Positions 38,720 to 52,210 of a stretch of DNA of 64,000 nt are shown here, piece after piece. Below the pieces are notes generated by a model, which was not told the DNA's origin, ran no database searches, and saw only the letters and a list, made by a program, of their open reading frames with translations. Made by a program: the position numbers and the translations under genes. This DNA comes from Octopus vulgaris (Eukaryota): NCBI GenBank assembly GCA_951406725.2, contig OX597814.1, positions 116,188,001 through 116,252,000 on the forward strand, in the 5' to 3' direction. Numbering within the stretch: the first letter of the stretch is position 1; every line of letters begins with the position of its first letter.

Positions 38720-39100
38720 TGAGAGGTCAGATTGGTGTGATTGTGTGTGTATATGTGTTTGTTCGCGTGTGTGTATGTGTGCGTCTGTATGTGCGCGCGT
38801 GTATGTTTGTGTGTTTGTGTGTTTTTTTGTGTTGGTGGGCATGTTATGTGCACGTATGCGAGTGTGTGTGTTGTGTCTGAGTATGTTTGTGTTTTAATTG
38901 TCCTTGTGGTGTTTGTGTCTGTGTGCATGTGAGCAAACTTATGTGTGTGAGGGTGCATATCTATGTGTGTGTAAGTGTGTTGTATTTATTAGGGATTCTG
39001 TGTGTCCATGTGTGTTGAGTTTATCTGGGTGTTGTGTGCATATGCGTTTTGTGTGTGTTTTGGTATTGAATATGCGTTTGTGTGTGTGTGTATATATGTG
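38720..39100. repeat. Degenerate (TG)n tract
   Basis: Direct reading. Confidence 0.9.
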
Positions 39101-39104
39101 AGTA

Positions 39105-39303
39105 TGGCCTATGGTCACACACACTCGACCAACTTATTGACTTCATAAACCTTATCAACAGTGTCAACAGCTATATCCAATTTACAATGGAATATAGTCA
39201 AGACCAACTTACTTTTCTTGACATTCTTATTATTAAAAAGGGCACCAGCATTGAAACTGACATCGACTACAAACCCACAGTTTCCAAAAATTACCTTCTG
39301 TAT
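39105..39303 (+). pseudogene. Penelope-like reverse transcriptase fragment
   Basis: WSHTLDQLIDFINLINS..IQFTME..LTFLDILI..TDIDYKPT..YLLY, typical of the PLE RT region after YxDD. Confidence 0.85.
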
Positions 39304-39905
39304 AATAATAATAATAGTCATGTATTACCATTCACGTCAGTGCAAAAAATTAAAGTAAAACATCAGAGAAGGTATTAACAAAAGAAAATTAGAAGGAAAA
39401 GCAAAGAGGCTGTCGGAGAAGCCGACGGATATTTGTAAATAAATTATAAAATGGGGAAAAAGGAAGAGTTACAGGAACATGTTAATGTAGATTCGAGTAA
39501 GTCTGTGTAATAAACTATAACCGTTTTGACCAACGGATATTTAAAAATATATAGATACATAGATTCCAGCATGTATATGTCTACGTCTCTGTCATTTAAT
39601 GGCTCGGTATCTGAGCCGGATAGAATAGGTACCAGACTTTTAAACATTTGTTGGGTTCATTCGTACGGCTCCAGCATGACTACAGTAATTTCCATTCTTA
39701 TATCAAAAAGGAAAGCGATACTTTCCCCGTGCCAAACGTTACTTCATCAAGCGTTGCTGTTTTTCGGAATATACTAACATCTTTTGTATATTAATCATTA
39801 GAGACAATCTAACAATCTCTATTCAAAAACGCTTGTATGTCATTCGATCTGGAGAAATCACTAATGATGTGAGGAACATATTTCACATACGCTGTTTCTT
39901 ACACG

Positions 39906-40191
39906 TATGTATGTATGTATGTATGTATGTATGTATGTATGTATGTATGTATGTATGTATGTATGTATGTATGTATGTATGTGTGTGTGTATGTATGTAT
40001 GTATGTATATATGTATGTATGTATGTATGTGTGTATGTATATGTATACAAACACATATACCTATATATAAATGTGTGCATCTGTGTGTGCGAATTTGTGC
40101 GTGCGTCTATGTGATTCTATGTATTTATACATGTATCTATGTTTGCATGCATATGCTTATAGATGTATGTATATACATATATGTATTTACG

Positions 40192-40262
<71 letters not shown>
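39906..40262. repeat. (TATG)n/(TG)n microsatellites
   Basis: Direct reading. Confidence 0.95.
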
Positions 40263-40265
<3 letters not shown>

Positions 40266-41039
40266 CATGTATCTTAATAAATGTGCTCATTTAGCGCTAT
40301 TCTGAGTTTTGCAGCTCGTTTCTGCACGGCCGTTATAATTACATCATATTACAATACGAATCACATAAACAATATTGTAAATTCTATAAAGTAAAACTAT
40401 GTCGCTCTATTGCACTAATTGATGTTCAGTACGTAATGATATACTTAGTTTTATCGGATTTTTGCTTTGTCTATCGTATGTTCTAAGAAAATTATCGGTT
40501 ATATTACTAAAAGTGCAGATCGTCTGCTTGATTGCATTCTATTCTAGCAACGTTATTATGTCTCCGAGTTCATTGTGTTGAGTATAATTTTGAAAAACAT
40601 GACAGCAGATCTGTTTGTTTTATGGTAGAACGTGACTGGTGGACAATAGCTTTGTCCATTACAGGTTTCCGACGGTCACTTCCTCTGAATATCTCACGGA
40701 GCAAATGTGAAGCAAGCATGTATTCTGAAGCGGAATAAACATGACAAAAGCTTTCATTCGTAACACAATGGTTTGTTGGTTTTTCTCGCCCGTGTTGATA
40801 TATTTCGACGATGTACGCTGGCGGAAGTTATACACAAACTAACATGCTTACGCAGGCGCAGCTCTGGCAATGTTAAACGAAGTTCGCTTCCTAATCATTA
40901 GGATGAGACCCGCGATGGTTAAAATTCACAAGCTATAAAGATGTGGTTGCTATGGCAAAAAGAGTGATTTTTTATCGATTCAAGGGGACTTTTCGAAATA
41001 TGATGACGGAGCAATAACAATAAAATGCTTAATACTTAA

Positions 41040-42246
41040 TCTATATCTATATAAAACAGTCCTTAGGCGAAAATTGTATGCACATTTTGTTTTGACGGTT
41101 AATGGCGGCCAAACCGAGGCTAGGATCGAGCTGAGAATTGGTAGGGATACTAAATGCGTGGTGAGGATGAGACCCGCGATGGTTAAAATTCGCCAGCTAT
41201 ATAGATATGGTTGCTATGGCAGAAAGAGTGATTTTTTATCGATTCAAGGGGGCCCAGCGGCATGCACTGCAGGCTGTTATGCTTAATAAACATACATTTT
41301 GTCACGAAATTCCGGCTACTAGGAAACGATTTTTCATTGTGAAAAAACGAGTGCTTTTTGCCCTCATTTTCTTTTTAATCCTTTTATAAAAGTGAAAGGA
41401 TTTCGTCTATTTATTTCTGCTGTCCAATTACGACGGTGATTCAGTTAACTAGGAAATCTATACGTGATGAATATCCAATACCAAACTATCTTAATCTACA
41501 TATTGAAACTGCATTAAACTTTGGTTAAGCTTACCATTACCTCTCTTCTGATTGGTGATACCTTTTTTCTTTTTAATTTTGATACCGTTGTTTCACTTTA
41601 AGGATGCTTCTTTACCCAGCCATTATGATATTTCGACTGCTGTCCATTGTTTCAAATAGGTTTTAGCATTGTCATTCGAACCTTTTTTAAACACTCACAT
41701 ATGATTCGTCCCAAAGAATCAACCTTTAAATAAGAGTTTTGTTTCCACTATCGAAAGCTATACGTATCTTTCAGGAAGCTCCATTCCAATTTAACTTTAT
41801 GCAGCATTCGCTGTTAGTTTATGTGCACGCTATGTCGGAAGATAGAATAAAGGGTCTTTTGTTAGCTTTTCTCTCCGAAAAAAATAACTCCCTTTGCTGT
41901 TGAAAAAAATAAACTCGCAGACGGGAAGTTTCACCATTTATGTGGCTGTTTCTGACAAGAAATTTCGCTTTCATGTAAAACAACTATATTTTGTAGTCAT
42001 TATCCGTAATCTACTCACAAACCACTTCAGTTTCTACTTTACATTGCTTGCAAAATTATATGTTCTATGATAATCAAAGTGCAACGACCTCCACAATAAC
42101 CAGCCTTCAATTTGATTTTCCGTTCCTAGGTTAATCGGAAACAGATTGGCATGCTACACCTAAACCTTCTCGGTAGTTCATATATTTGGTGAAAAAAATA
42201 CCACTAAAGCAACTTAAACCGTCCAATGGACGGGTGCGATTGCTAG
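41040..42246 (+). mobile_element. Non-autonomous Helitron
   Basis: A|TCTATATCTATATAAAA 5' end; hairpin CCGTCCA-a-TGGACGG just before CTAG|T 3' end. Confidence 0.8.
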
Positions 42247-42290
<44 letters not shown>

Positions 42291-42342
42291 GATAACGAAG
42301 TAATGGCACAAAAGCTGTGTTTACATAATAATTACAATTAAG

Positions 42343-42550
42343 ATTAGTTGAAATATGTTTGTCACATATTTCAAATGTTAAAGGCAAATATATTGAAGTT
42401 ACCGTGGAGAAAAAAGTATCTGTTATGGGGAAAAGGCGTGGACTGGGTGTTTCCACAAGATTTCCCATAAGAGAGACATTTTTCTCCACGGAAACTGCAG
42501 TGTATTTGCCTTTAGCATTTCAAATATGTGACAAACATATTTCAACTAAC
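42343..42550. repeat. Fold-back palindrome between (TA)n tracts
   Basis: TTAGTTGAAATATGTTTGTCACATATTT.. mirrored by ..AAATATGTGACAAACATATTTCAACTAA. Confidence 0.9.
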
Positions 42551-42609
42551 CTAAAGTATATATATATATATATATATATAAATGTATATATGTATAATAT
42601 ATATATATA

Positions 42610-42860
42610 TTAGAGGGAAACCACTATGTGGACACCCATATGCTAGAAACAGATCCGCTATGGTCCCACCGCCAAGAAATGTTCTCAAGAAAAATTTAGC
42701 AAAACAACCAAAACGTAATCGAGCAAGACAAAAGAAAAAGTAATAAAAATATGGATTATTTGTATACATGTTTCACTATCAACAAATTATGCAATCTTAC
42801 TTACGTAATTGTCCGTAGATTTTCGGTACGACCGTCCAAGGTGAATATAATTTGTAGGAC
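42610..42860 (-). mobile_element. Diverged relative of the 29013-30012 PLE-derived element
   Basis: CCACTATGTGGACAC..GCTAGAAACAGATCC..TGTTCTCAAGAA..TGTTTCAC colinear with ~29025-29235. Confidence 0.65.
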
Positions 42861-42887
42861 TGCATACTAGGATGTCCACAAAAAGTA

Positions 42888-42980
<93 letters not shown>

Positions 42981-43261
42981 TTTTGAATTTAGTTCATAGA
43001 ACTCCAGTACTACTTTGCAGTCCACTAGGTATCCGTGGACCCTAGGTTGGGAAACACTGCTTTAAATTAACAGCTATAATTGTGTATGGAACTAAATGTC
43101 TCAGCACTCCATTAACAGAAGTGAAAAATACGTAAAATATTCCGAAATTGTTAAGTGGAATAAACGCATTTAGAGACGTGCTGATGTACAAATAATGTAT
43201 CCAAGTGTATGCGTATAAAACAGACAAAGCTAGCTATGAAATTTAAAAAAATAATAAATGC

Positions 43262-43484
43262 GCCATTTTTGAAAGCCTAGCCAGGCTCATGGGCCCGGTT
43301 TCCCGTTTTCTATGGGACGCCAGTCCATCGCAGCGTTACTCTATTTTGCCAGCTGAGTGGACTGGAGCAACGTGAAATGAAGTGTTTTGCTCAAGAACAC
43401 AACGCGTCGCTCTGTCCAGGAATCGAAACTACTATCTTACGATCGTGGTGCTGACACCCTAACCACTAATCCACGCGCCTCCAC
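43262..43484 (-). mobile_element. SINE family C, full length
   Basis: Head matches 7901; GCGATGGACTGGCGTCCC (V-domain-like) and CATGAGCCTGGCTAGGC tail. Confidence 0.9.
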
Positions 43485-43666
43485 AGATATGAAATAATAG
43501 TCATGCTTAAAGTCACAAAAAACGAATTGAGACACATAAATTTATTAATTATTTTTATGTACTTGTGTTTGTTTAAACCAGAAGCTGTGGCCATGCTGGG
43601 GGCACCCTTATGATTACGTTACTTAATTACAGGTCCCATTCTGTGTTTGTCATAGTTATCTAAAGT

Positions 43667-43829
43667 CATGGATTGTTGCCAACTTAATGTGGCACTCCCA
43701 GTTTTCAAAACTTAAGGACACAGAACGATTGTGTCACCTAGCCACTAGAAACGGGGTTTCTTGGGGTTAAATAGCTGTAGCATTCTTCCCAATCTTGGGA
43801 CTGCCACATTAAGTTGGCAACAAACCATC
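43667..43829. mobile_element. Small MITE with ~33-bp inverted ends
   Basis: ATGGATTGTTGCCAACTTAATGTGGCACTCCCA / TGGGACTGCCACATTAAGTTGGCAACAAACCAT. Confidence 0.7.
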
Positions 43830-43912
43830 ACTTTATCCCTCTGCTACTGCAAAAGTCTCCCTGAGAGATTTAGAAATGACAATATTTCTAATTATATATA
43901 TATATATATGTA

Positions 43913-43947
<35 letters not shown>

Positions 43948-43949
<2 letters not shown>

Positions 43950-44077
43950 TTCTTTATTGCCCACAGAGGGATCAACATAGAAGGCACAAACAAGGACAGA
44001 CAAAGGGAGTAAGTAGATCGCTTCGACTCCAGTACGTAACTGATACTTATTTAATCGACCCCGAAAGGATGAAAAGC
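43948..44077 (-). mobile_element. SINE family B 3' fragment
   Basis: TTTCTTTATTGCCCACA..TCGACCCCGAAAGGATGAAA. Confidence 0.8.
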
Positions 44078-45042
44078 AATATATGTACATATATATATAT
44101 ATTTACATATATGTACATTAATGCTATGCGTGTGCGTATGTGGGCTTGCGTACACACGCCCGCGCACACACGCACAAACACAGCCCCACACATACACACG
44201 TATAAAAACACTCCCCCCATACACAAACACTCACACACGCACACAAACACACGCACAGAAATGCACTCACTCACACACAAACACGCACTCACACTCACAC
44301 ACACAAACACACGCACACATTCACATGCACACAGACACACACACACGCACACATACACACACCCACGTACGCACAGACACATACACACGCATACACGCAC
44401 ATACATACACACGCACAATTACACACACACACACACACATGCACAAACTGACACTGCCACACACATGCGCGATGAAAAAAAAAAAGTGCGTGTGTTTGTA
44501 TAGATATAGCGATGGTTCCGCATGTAAAATAACCATTCTACGATATTAGTCCGAGGGTTGAAAACTTGTGTGCTGTTTCTGAGTGTTATCTTGTTAATTA
44601 TTCAGTAATGCGAGAAGATATATTGGCATGCCGTCTTGTGTGTGTGATGCTTGCTGAGGCGTGGATATTGCAAAGAAGCCACACAAAGTGCATGCTTCGT
44701 TTGTTTCCGCTGATGTTGAAGCATGGCTCAAAGCTGCGTTCATCCGCATTCCAATTTAAAACTTCCCTCCATTATTTCGCTGTTTCCCCTTTCACATACT
44801 TACCTACACATTCTTAGACATATACAAATACTAATATTAGCACCATCTCACATGATTTCAAATCGGAAAAAATGTTATGAATTACTACAAACTTATACTT
44901 GAATGTTTGTATTTTTTAAAATAGTAGATTATAATTTATGAATACTCCTATATTCACAGTTATATACACGTATGTGTAGACAAAACATATTAAAAAATAT
45001 TCATTTTTATACCTCAATTCTCTCTCTCTCTATCTATCTATA

Positions 45043-45153
<111 letters not shown>

Positions 45154-45626
45154 TCCTACCTACCTACCTACCTACAGAGCTATCTTGATTGTAGAAGAGT
45201 AGCAAAAAATGATGGGAGCACGCACCGCTGGTGTACAATATTTATTGTATGAACGGCGGAGTTTAAATGAGCTGAGTGGAATTAAATGAAGCTCGCGAGA
45301 AAGAAGACGTTTGATGGTTCAGATATTTGATGTGTATGAAGGATAACAGCTCCCCCACAAACGCCAGAAGTTAGGATGCATAATATATGTGTGTGTGAGT
45401 GTGTGTGTGTATGTGTGTGTGTGTGTGTGACATTAAACTGTATTCAGTGGTGAGGCTCCAGTTCAGGTCTTCGGCATTTGTGGGGAGCTATCATCAGAGT
45501 GGAAAGGAAGACCATGGGACAACTGGGGCGAAGAGGTAAAGGCTGGCCTCAAGGTATGTGACCCCAACAAATAAGAAGCCACCTCGGGTAAAATTTTGTG
45601 TTGGTAAAAGCACAAGCATGTATGTA

Positions 45627-46003
45627 TTCTTTCTTTTACTTTTTTCAGTCATTTGTCTGCGGCCATGCTGGAGTACCGCCTTTAGTCTAACTAATCGTTT
45701 GTAAGCCTAGTAACTGTTCTATCGGTCTCTTTTGCTGAACTGCTAAGTTACTGAGACATAAACATACCAACATCGGTTGTCAAGCGATGATGGGGGACGA
45801 ACACAGATACAGAAACTCAAACACATATGTACATACGACGGGCTTCTTTCAGTTTTTGTCTACCAAATCCACTCACAATGCTTTGGTCGGTCTAAGACCA
45901 GATTAGAAGACACTTGTCCAAGGTGCCACGCAGTGGGATTGAACCCACAACCATGAGGATATGGTTGGGAAGCAAGCTTCATACCACACAGCCACTCCTG
46001 CGT
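45627..46003 (-). mobile_element. SINE family A (older copy)
   Basis: Family consensus match. Confidence 0.88.
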
Positions 46004-46004
46004 C

Positions 46005-46048
<44 letters not shown>

Positions 46049-46051
<3 letters not shown>

Positions 46052-46384
46052 TCTTTTACTCTTTTACTTGTTTCAGTCATTTGACTGCGGCCATGCTGGA
46101 GCACCACCTTTAGTCGACCCAGGGACTTATTCTTTGTAAGCCCAGTACTTATTCTATCGGTCTCTTTTGCCGAACCGCTAGGTGGCGGGGACGTAAACAC
46201 ACCAGCATCGGTTGTCAAGCAATGCTAGATGGACAAACATAGACACACAAACACATACACACACATACATATATATATACGACAGGCTTCTTTCAGTTTC
46301 CGTCTACCAAATCCACTCACAAGGTTTTGGTCGGCCCGAGGCTATAGCAGAAGACACTTGCCCAAGATGCCACGCAAGGGACTG
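46049..46384 (-). mobile_element. SINE family A, 5' truncated
   Basis: Family consensus match. Confidence 0.9.
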
Positions 46385-46460
46385 CAAAATAACGACCAAA
46401 TATATAGTGCGTGTGTTTTTATTGGCTAAACTGGCAATATGACCATTCCGAAATATAACA

Positions 46461-46531
<71 letters not shown>

Positions 46532-46900
46532 CTAGCTGTTGGACCCAGCGTTGCTACTGTTATCTGTGTTAAAGTTAAGCCCACTGATCATGTGTTGAAT
46601 AAGCATTTCCTTAGAGGCTATTCTATCGATTTTGTTGATATTTTACACGTGAAAAAATGGAAAAGCTGCAGGAAAAATAACATCGTTATCGCCGCAATTT
46701 CTATGTAACCGCCCAACTGAGTTCACAAAAGCGATGCTAACTGAGCCTTAACAAGTTTTCGAAAAATTCCAGCCTTATTTGAACTTCAGGGCATGTGATC
46801 TATCTAAGTACCTAAAATCATTAAAATCGATTGGATGGTGTGGGATGAGTTTGAGTAACCACGAACAGACAGACACCAATACACATTTATGTTAATATGT
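46532..46900 (-). mobile_element. Helitron-like non-autonomous element
   Basis: Minus-strand 3' end ..GCAACGCTGGGTCCAACAGCTAG|T; plus-strand CATTAAAATCG..ACAGACAGAC at the other end. Confidence 0.55.
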
Positions 46901-47094
46901 TTGTATGATATCAAACTTAGAATCCCCTTTGCAATGCTGGCCACTGGTGGCCGAGTGAGTGTCAAAAGTGTTGTACAATCATTTGTCAATTAAATCCAAT
47001 GACATACGGGTGTCTCGCTATCATTAATGTGAGACGGCTATCATCTGAAAAGATGCTGCAATCCTCCTCTTCCTCCTCCTCCTCCTCCTCATCA

Positions 47095-47345
47095 TCGTCG
47101 TCGTCATTATTATCATCGTCGTGGTCGTTTAACGTCTGCTTTCCATGGGTTGGACGGTTTGACTGAGGGCTGGCAAGCCAGAAGGCTGCACCTGGCTCCA
47201 ATCTGATCTGGTATAGTTTCTACAGCTGGATGCCCTTCCTAACGCCAACTACTCCAAGAGTGTAGGGGTGCTTTTTACGTGCCATCGGTACGGGGACCAG
47301 TCAGGCAGTACTGGCGACGGCCACGCTCGAATGGTGCTTTTTACT
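47095..47345 (-). mobile_element. SINE-like family D 3' part with (GAT/GAC)n tail
   Basis: Minus strand GGCGTTAGGAAGGGCATCCAGCTGTAGAAAC..GGAAAGCAGACGTTAAACGAC. Confidence 0.7.
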
Positions 47346-47435
47346 CATATATGACTCTGTGTGTGTGTGTGTGTGTCTGCGAGTTACCTTAATCTTGAGG
47401 TGATTTTGATGCCCGACTTCTGGTTAGGTTGTATT

Positions 47436-47731
47436 GTGTGGTAAGTAGCTTGCTAAACAACCACATGGTTCCGGGTTCAGTCCCACTGCGTGGCACCTTG
47501 GGCAAGTGTCTTCTACTATAGCCTCGGGCCGACCAAAGCCTTGTGAGTGGATTTGGTAGACGGAAACTGAAAGAAGCCTGTCGTATATATGTATATATAT
47601 ATATATGTATGTGTGTGTGTTTGTGTGTCTGTGTGTTTGTGTGTCTGTGTTTGTCCCCCTAGCATTGCTTGACAACCGATGCTGGTGTGTTTACGTCCCC
47701 GTCACTTAGCGGTTCGGCAAAAGAGACTGAT
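47436..47731 (+). mobile_element. SINE family A, truncated
   Basis: Family consensus match. Confidence 0.9.
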
Positions 47732-47754
47732 AAATTGGGCTTGAAATTATATAT

Positions 47755-47806
<52 letters not shown>

Positions 47807-47881
47807 ATTTATATCTATCTATATATACATATATATATATGTATATATATATATATCCCTTCATCTATATCTATCTATCTG

Positions 47882-47978
<97 letters not shown>

Positions 47979-48584
47979 ATATATATACATGATGGTCATC
48001 TTAATAGCTTCTCAATAAATACGCACTGTCTATGGGCTAGTTACGGTAGTACCATGTATATTGATTATGATGCACAGATGGTTATTTTAATTAAGTACTG
48101 CTTCAATTACGTTTACTGGTTAATGTATATGTTTATATACGAGTACGAACACACACACACACACACACTCACACACACACACATACACATATATATATGA
48201 TGTATGTTTGTATGTCTATGTAATATGTTACCATGTAGAACGCTAACACTTCACTAAGTTTTTTACCTTCAAACACTGTTACATGGAAACATCTACTGAA
48301 ATTCAATTCCATGACGCGATGAATAATAACAATTTGATGTATAATACCGTATTTGATATTTATAATATAATATGGAAAAAATATTCAGTCTTATTATTAT
48401 ATTACTGAGAATATATATAAATAATGTTAGAAGCATGTGTAATACAGGCGCAAGCGTGGCTTCCCTACCACATGGTTCCGTGTTCAGTCGCCCTGCGTGG
48501 TACCTTGGCCAAGTGTCTTCTACTATAGTCTCGGGACAACGAAAGCCTTGTAAGTGGATTTCGTCGACAGAAACTCAAAGACAT

Positions 48585-49062
48585 GAATCTGGAGAAGAAG
48601 CACACTTTTTTTAAGAAAAAACATAAATCTAAGGAAGAAACACACTGAAAGAAGTAGAGCAGTGTATATTTGTTCCTGGTGAAGGCCTGTTAATAGAGTT
48701 ACCCTGGGTTTCCCGTCCATGAAGGGTTTAACTTTATGGCGCATCTTCAGACATATGACCTCTTTAAAATATGGAAGGCAATAGTCTAGATTATCTCCTT
48801 TTGCTAATGGCTATGTACTTCTGGACGTGTTGCCATCGATCAACAATAAAGGTAAACAATAGGGGGTTAACTCCCTCTCCTGTTAGCCATCAACTTCCGT
48901 CAGTTCCGAAAAAGCCACTAGAAGTCTAAAATGCAGACATGGCCCAAAAATCTCCGTTCTGGAGTTAAGTATAGCCCCTTGCTCGATTGAGTCCCTCAGG
49001 ATTCTCGTGCGTTCAGCGATGCATAGCTTGCAGCGATTCGTCCCGTTAATGTAGGGGCCTGT
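48585..49062 (-). mobile_element. Penelope-like element 3' end: C-terminus of the GIY-YIG endonuclease region plus pLTR with hammerhead
   Basis: PYINGTNRCKLCIAERTRI..LNSRTEIFGPCLH (PLE C-terminal C.LC..E..I..LN.R.E...C.H); HHR at 48695-48763. Confidence 0.85.
48695..48763 (-). ncRNA. Type-I hammerhead ribozyme candidate
   Basis: CTGAAGA-tgCGCCAT..ATGGACGg-GAAAC-CCAGG-GTA-ACTCT; stem I short and bulged. Confidence 0.6.
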
Positions 49063-49270
49063 ATAATTTGTGTGTCGATGTTTGTCCCTCCCTGCCACCA
49101 TCAACGCTTGAGAACCGATGTTGGTGTGTTTACGCCCCCGTAACTTAGCGATTCGTTCGACTAAAGGCGGTGCGACAGCATGGCCGCAGTCAAATGACTG
49201 AAACCAATAAATGAATAAAAGAATAAAATAATATATATATCTTCAGAAAGTGAAAATTCATTTAGCAACA

Positions 49271-49452
49271 ACAATTGCAGCGTGGAAGGTGTTTATAAGC
49301 CATTTAAGAAACACACAAAACCGTTTGATTCACTTCAACATTTAAATTTAATTTGCCAAAATATTTCGTCGCTTTGAGAGGCTCCGGCAGGGGGTGGTGG
49401 CGACCCCTGTTGTATGTTAAATGGCTTATAAACACCTGCCACGCTGCAATTG
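49271..49452. repeat. 37-bp inverted repeat enclosing a SINE C fragment
   Basis: ACAATTGCAGCGTGGAAGGTGTTTATAAGCCATTTAA / TTAAATGGCTTATAAACACCTGCCACGCTGCAATTGT. Confidence 0.85.
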
Positions 49453-49858
49453 TTTTTGTTCCAGCACACGATCTCAGATCAGGTCACTCGCTGTGCAAGT
49501 ACATCTCCAAAATTCATTTGAAGCTTTCTAAAGATTTAGTCATCAACAGAGGAAAATACATCACAAATTTGGGATCTCATCGAGAATATATCTCCGTAGA
49601 GGTACAAACACGAATGTGTGGTTGATGATGAGCTTTCCAGCAATTATCGAAACCTGCTAATTATTTAATCTCTTCGTGTCTGTTCATGGAGAAACAAAAA
49701 ATTGAATCTACAAACAATGCGTTCGATTACACATCACAGTGATGATGAAAATATTGTACAGTTGTTTATAAGGTACACCGTTTGGGGTTTCTGTCATTGA
49801 AAACTCACTGCTGTGAATCAACTATTAAATACACATGTGTTTCTGTGTGTCTGTCTGC

Positions 49859-49928
<70 letters not shown>

Positions 49929-49960
49929 GCCTGTTTGTCTGTCTGTCTGTCTGTCTATCC

Positions 49961-50004
<44 letters not shown>

Positions 50005-50292
50005 GCCTGTATGTATGCATGTATGTATTTGTATATATATATATGTGTGTATATGCATATATATGCACACTCACATAGAGTGAGAGAGAGAGAGCGACCT
50101 TATTATAGCTTGTTATACACTCTTTAGCTCTCTTTACACGTAAATACACACATATGTGTGTATATAATATATACATATACATATATATATATATATTTAC
50201 ATACACACACACACATATGTATATATACATATATATGCATATATTTGTGCGTGTATATATAATATATATATGTGTATATGAGGATGATGATG

Positions 50293-50323
<31 letters not shown>

Positions 50324-51335
50324 GTACATGTATTTATATATATACACACACACATATATAAATCCATATATATGTGTGTGTATACACATATGTACCTGTA
50401 ACATACAACCATGTGCATACATGTGTTCCCTCTAGGTACGCATATAGTCGTATGTCTGAGAGTGTGTGTCTGTATGTGTATACCGATCTGTCTCGCATGT
50501 ATGTATGTTTGTGCGAATATATGTTTATAACGTTTACTAGTTTGTGTTTATGTGTATGTGTGTGTGCTGTTTGTGAGTATGTATCTGTGTGTGCCAGCTT
50601 TATTATTTTTTTATAATGGGACTAGCAGTGATGTAGAGAATAATGAAAACCTATTTGTTATACAGCCTTAGAACAATTTCCCTAATGAAGAACGTAAAAC
50701 GTGCAAATGGACACTGCAATTAATAAATATATTAATTAATTATTAGGCAGGTACTTAAGGGCTGCACTGGCATCAATTAACAGCAAATATCAGTTGACTC
50801 CATGTTGTTTAGATACCGACTGGTTAACAGCATTTATCATCTGATCAAGTTCTCTGAATCATTAGTGAAGAAAGAAATTGATAAAACGTAATAAAACATC
50901 ACGTGCATATGACGTGTTTAGATTATGAAACATTCACGCAAATAAAACCCCAAAAAGATTAATTCCATTATTTACGGAAGGAAAAGCCTCAAGAAATATA
51001 AAAAAGAAATTCACTAATGCAAATGGATGTTAGTTCAAACATTCTTGTTTTTTGTTGCTGTTGTTGTTGTTGGTCGTGGTGGTGCTATCTTTAACATTTG
51101 AATTACAGAGAATACATGCATGTTTAATCATCAGCGCCCCAATAGGAAAATTCAGAATTGCTGTGAAATAATCATTAACTACTACCTTGACATTAAGAAT
51201 GGCGATTTTTTTAAAATCGCCATATATTGTTGATGCAGTTTTTGCTAATGCTAGTATAATAATAATAACAAAAATAATACAAATAAAAATAAAAACAACA
51301 ACAATAATAATATTAATAACAACAACAACAGCAAC

Positions 51336-51404
<69 letters not shown>

Positions 51405-51420
51405 TATTATTATTAGTTGT

Positions 51421-51631
51421 AAGGCGGTGAGCTGGCATAATGGTAAACACTTCGAACAAAATGCTTAGCGGCATTTTGTTCATCTTTACATTTTGAGTTC
51501 AAATTCCGCAGGGGTCAATCTTGCTTTCTCCTTTCGAGTGGATAAACTAATTTATAGTTGAGAACTAGGGTCGATGCAATCGATTTCATCCCTCCCTTGA
51601 AATTGCTGGCGTTGTGCTTACAATAGAAAGG

Positions 51632-51632
<1 letters not shown>
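51421..51632 (+). mobile_element. Diverged SINE family B between (AAT)n and (ATT)n
   Basis: AAGGCGGTGAGCTGGCA head; AGAAAGG(ATT)n end. Confidence 0.8.
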
Positions 51633-51688
<56 letters not shown>

Positions 51689-51694
51689 ATTATT

Positions 51695-51900
51695 GAGGAT
51701 GCATGGCCTAATATTCAGGGTGATGCGCTGACGATCGCGAGACCGTGATTTCAATTCCTAGATCGTGTGGTGCTTTGATCAAAACACTTCATCTCGCGTT
51801 GCTTTGCGACCACATCGGCACTTGACCGTTGTGTGGTACACCGTGCATCTGTTCAGATAACGTCGATTTGATGGAGAGAGTGATCAAATGTACAACACAT
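51695..51900 (+). mobile_element. Decayed SINE family C variant
   Basis: GAGGATGCATGGCCTAAT head, TTTCAATTCC, AAAACACTTCATCTC. Confidence 0.6.
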
Positions 51901-52210
51901 ACATCTGTATATGTTAAGTAATACAGTTACATAATTCATTTTGCTTCATTATTTTCTTTCCGTGGTTTTTGCTGTGAAGGTTTCGATCCTATGCCACGAT
52001 CGATATCTTGCAAACAACTTGCACATGCAAGTGCTACAAGTTAAAAGCTCCGTATATCGGAAGCTAGCAAGTGTATGGGGTCATCAGGAGAGAATGCGCG
52101 CCGTTTCGGGGCCTACCTCTCGACGGCATCAATGCGCACCGCCCCCCCCCTCACTGATATGAGGCCCCGCTTGCTAGATCAGCTTGTTATGAAGAACTCA
52201 ATATACTTCT

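Larger units (their letters stand above)
48446..49230 (+). mobile_element. SINE family A split by a Penelope insertion
   Basis: 5' half 48446-48580; 3' half ~49063-49230. Confidence 0.8.
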
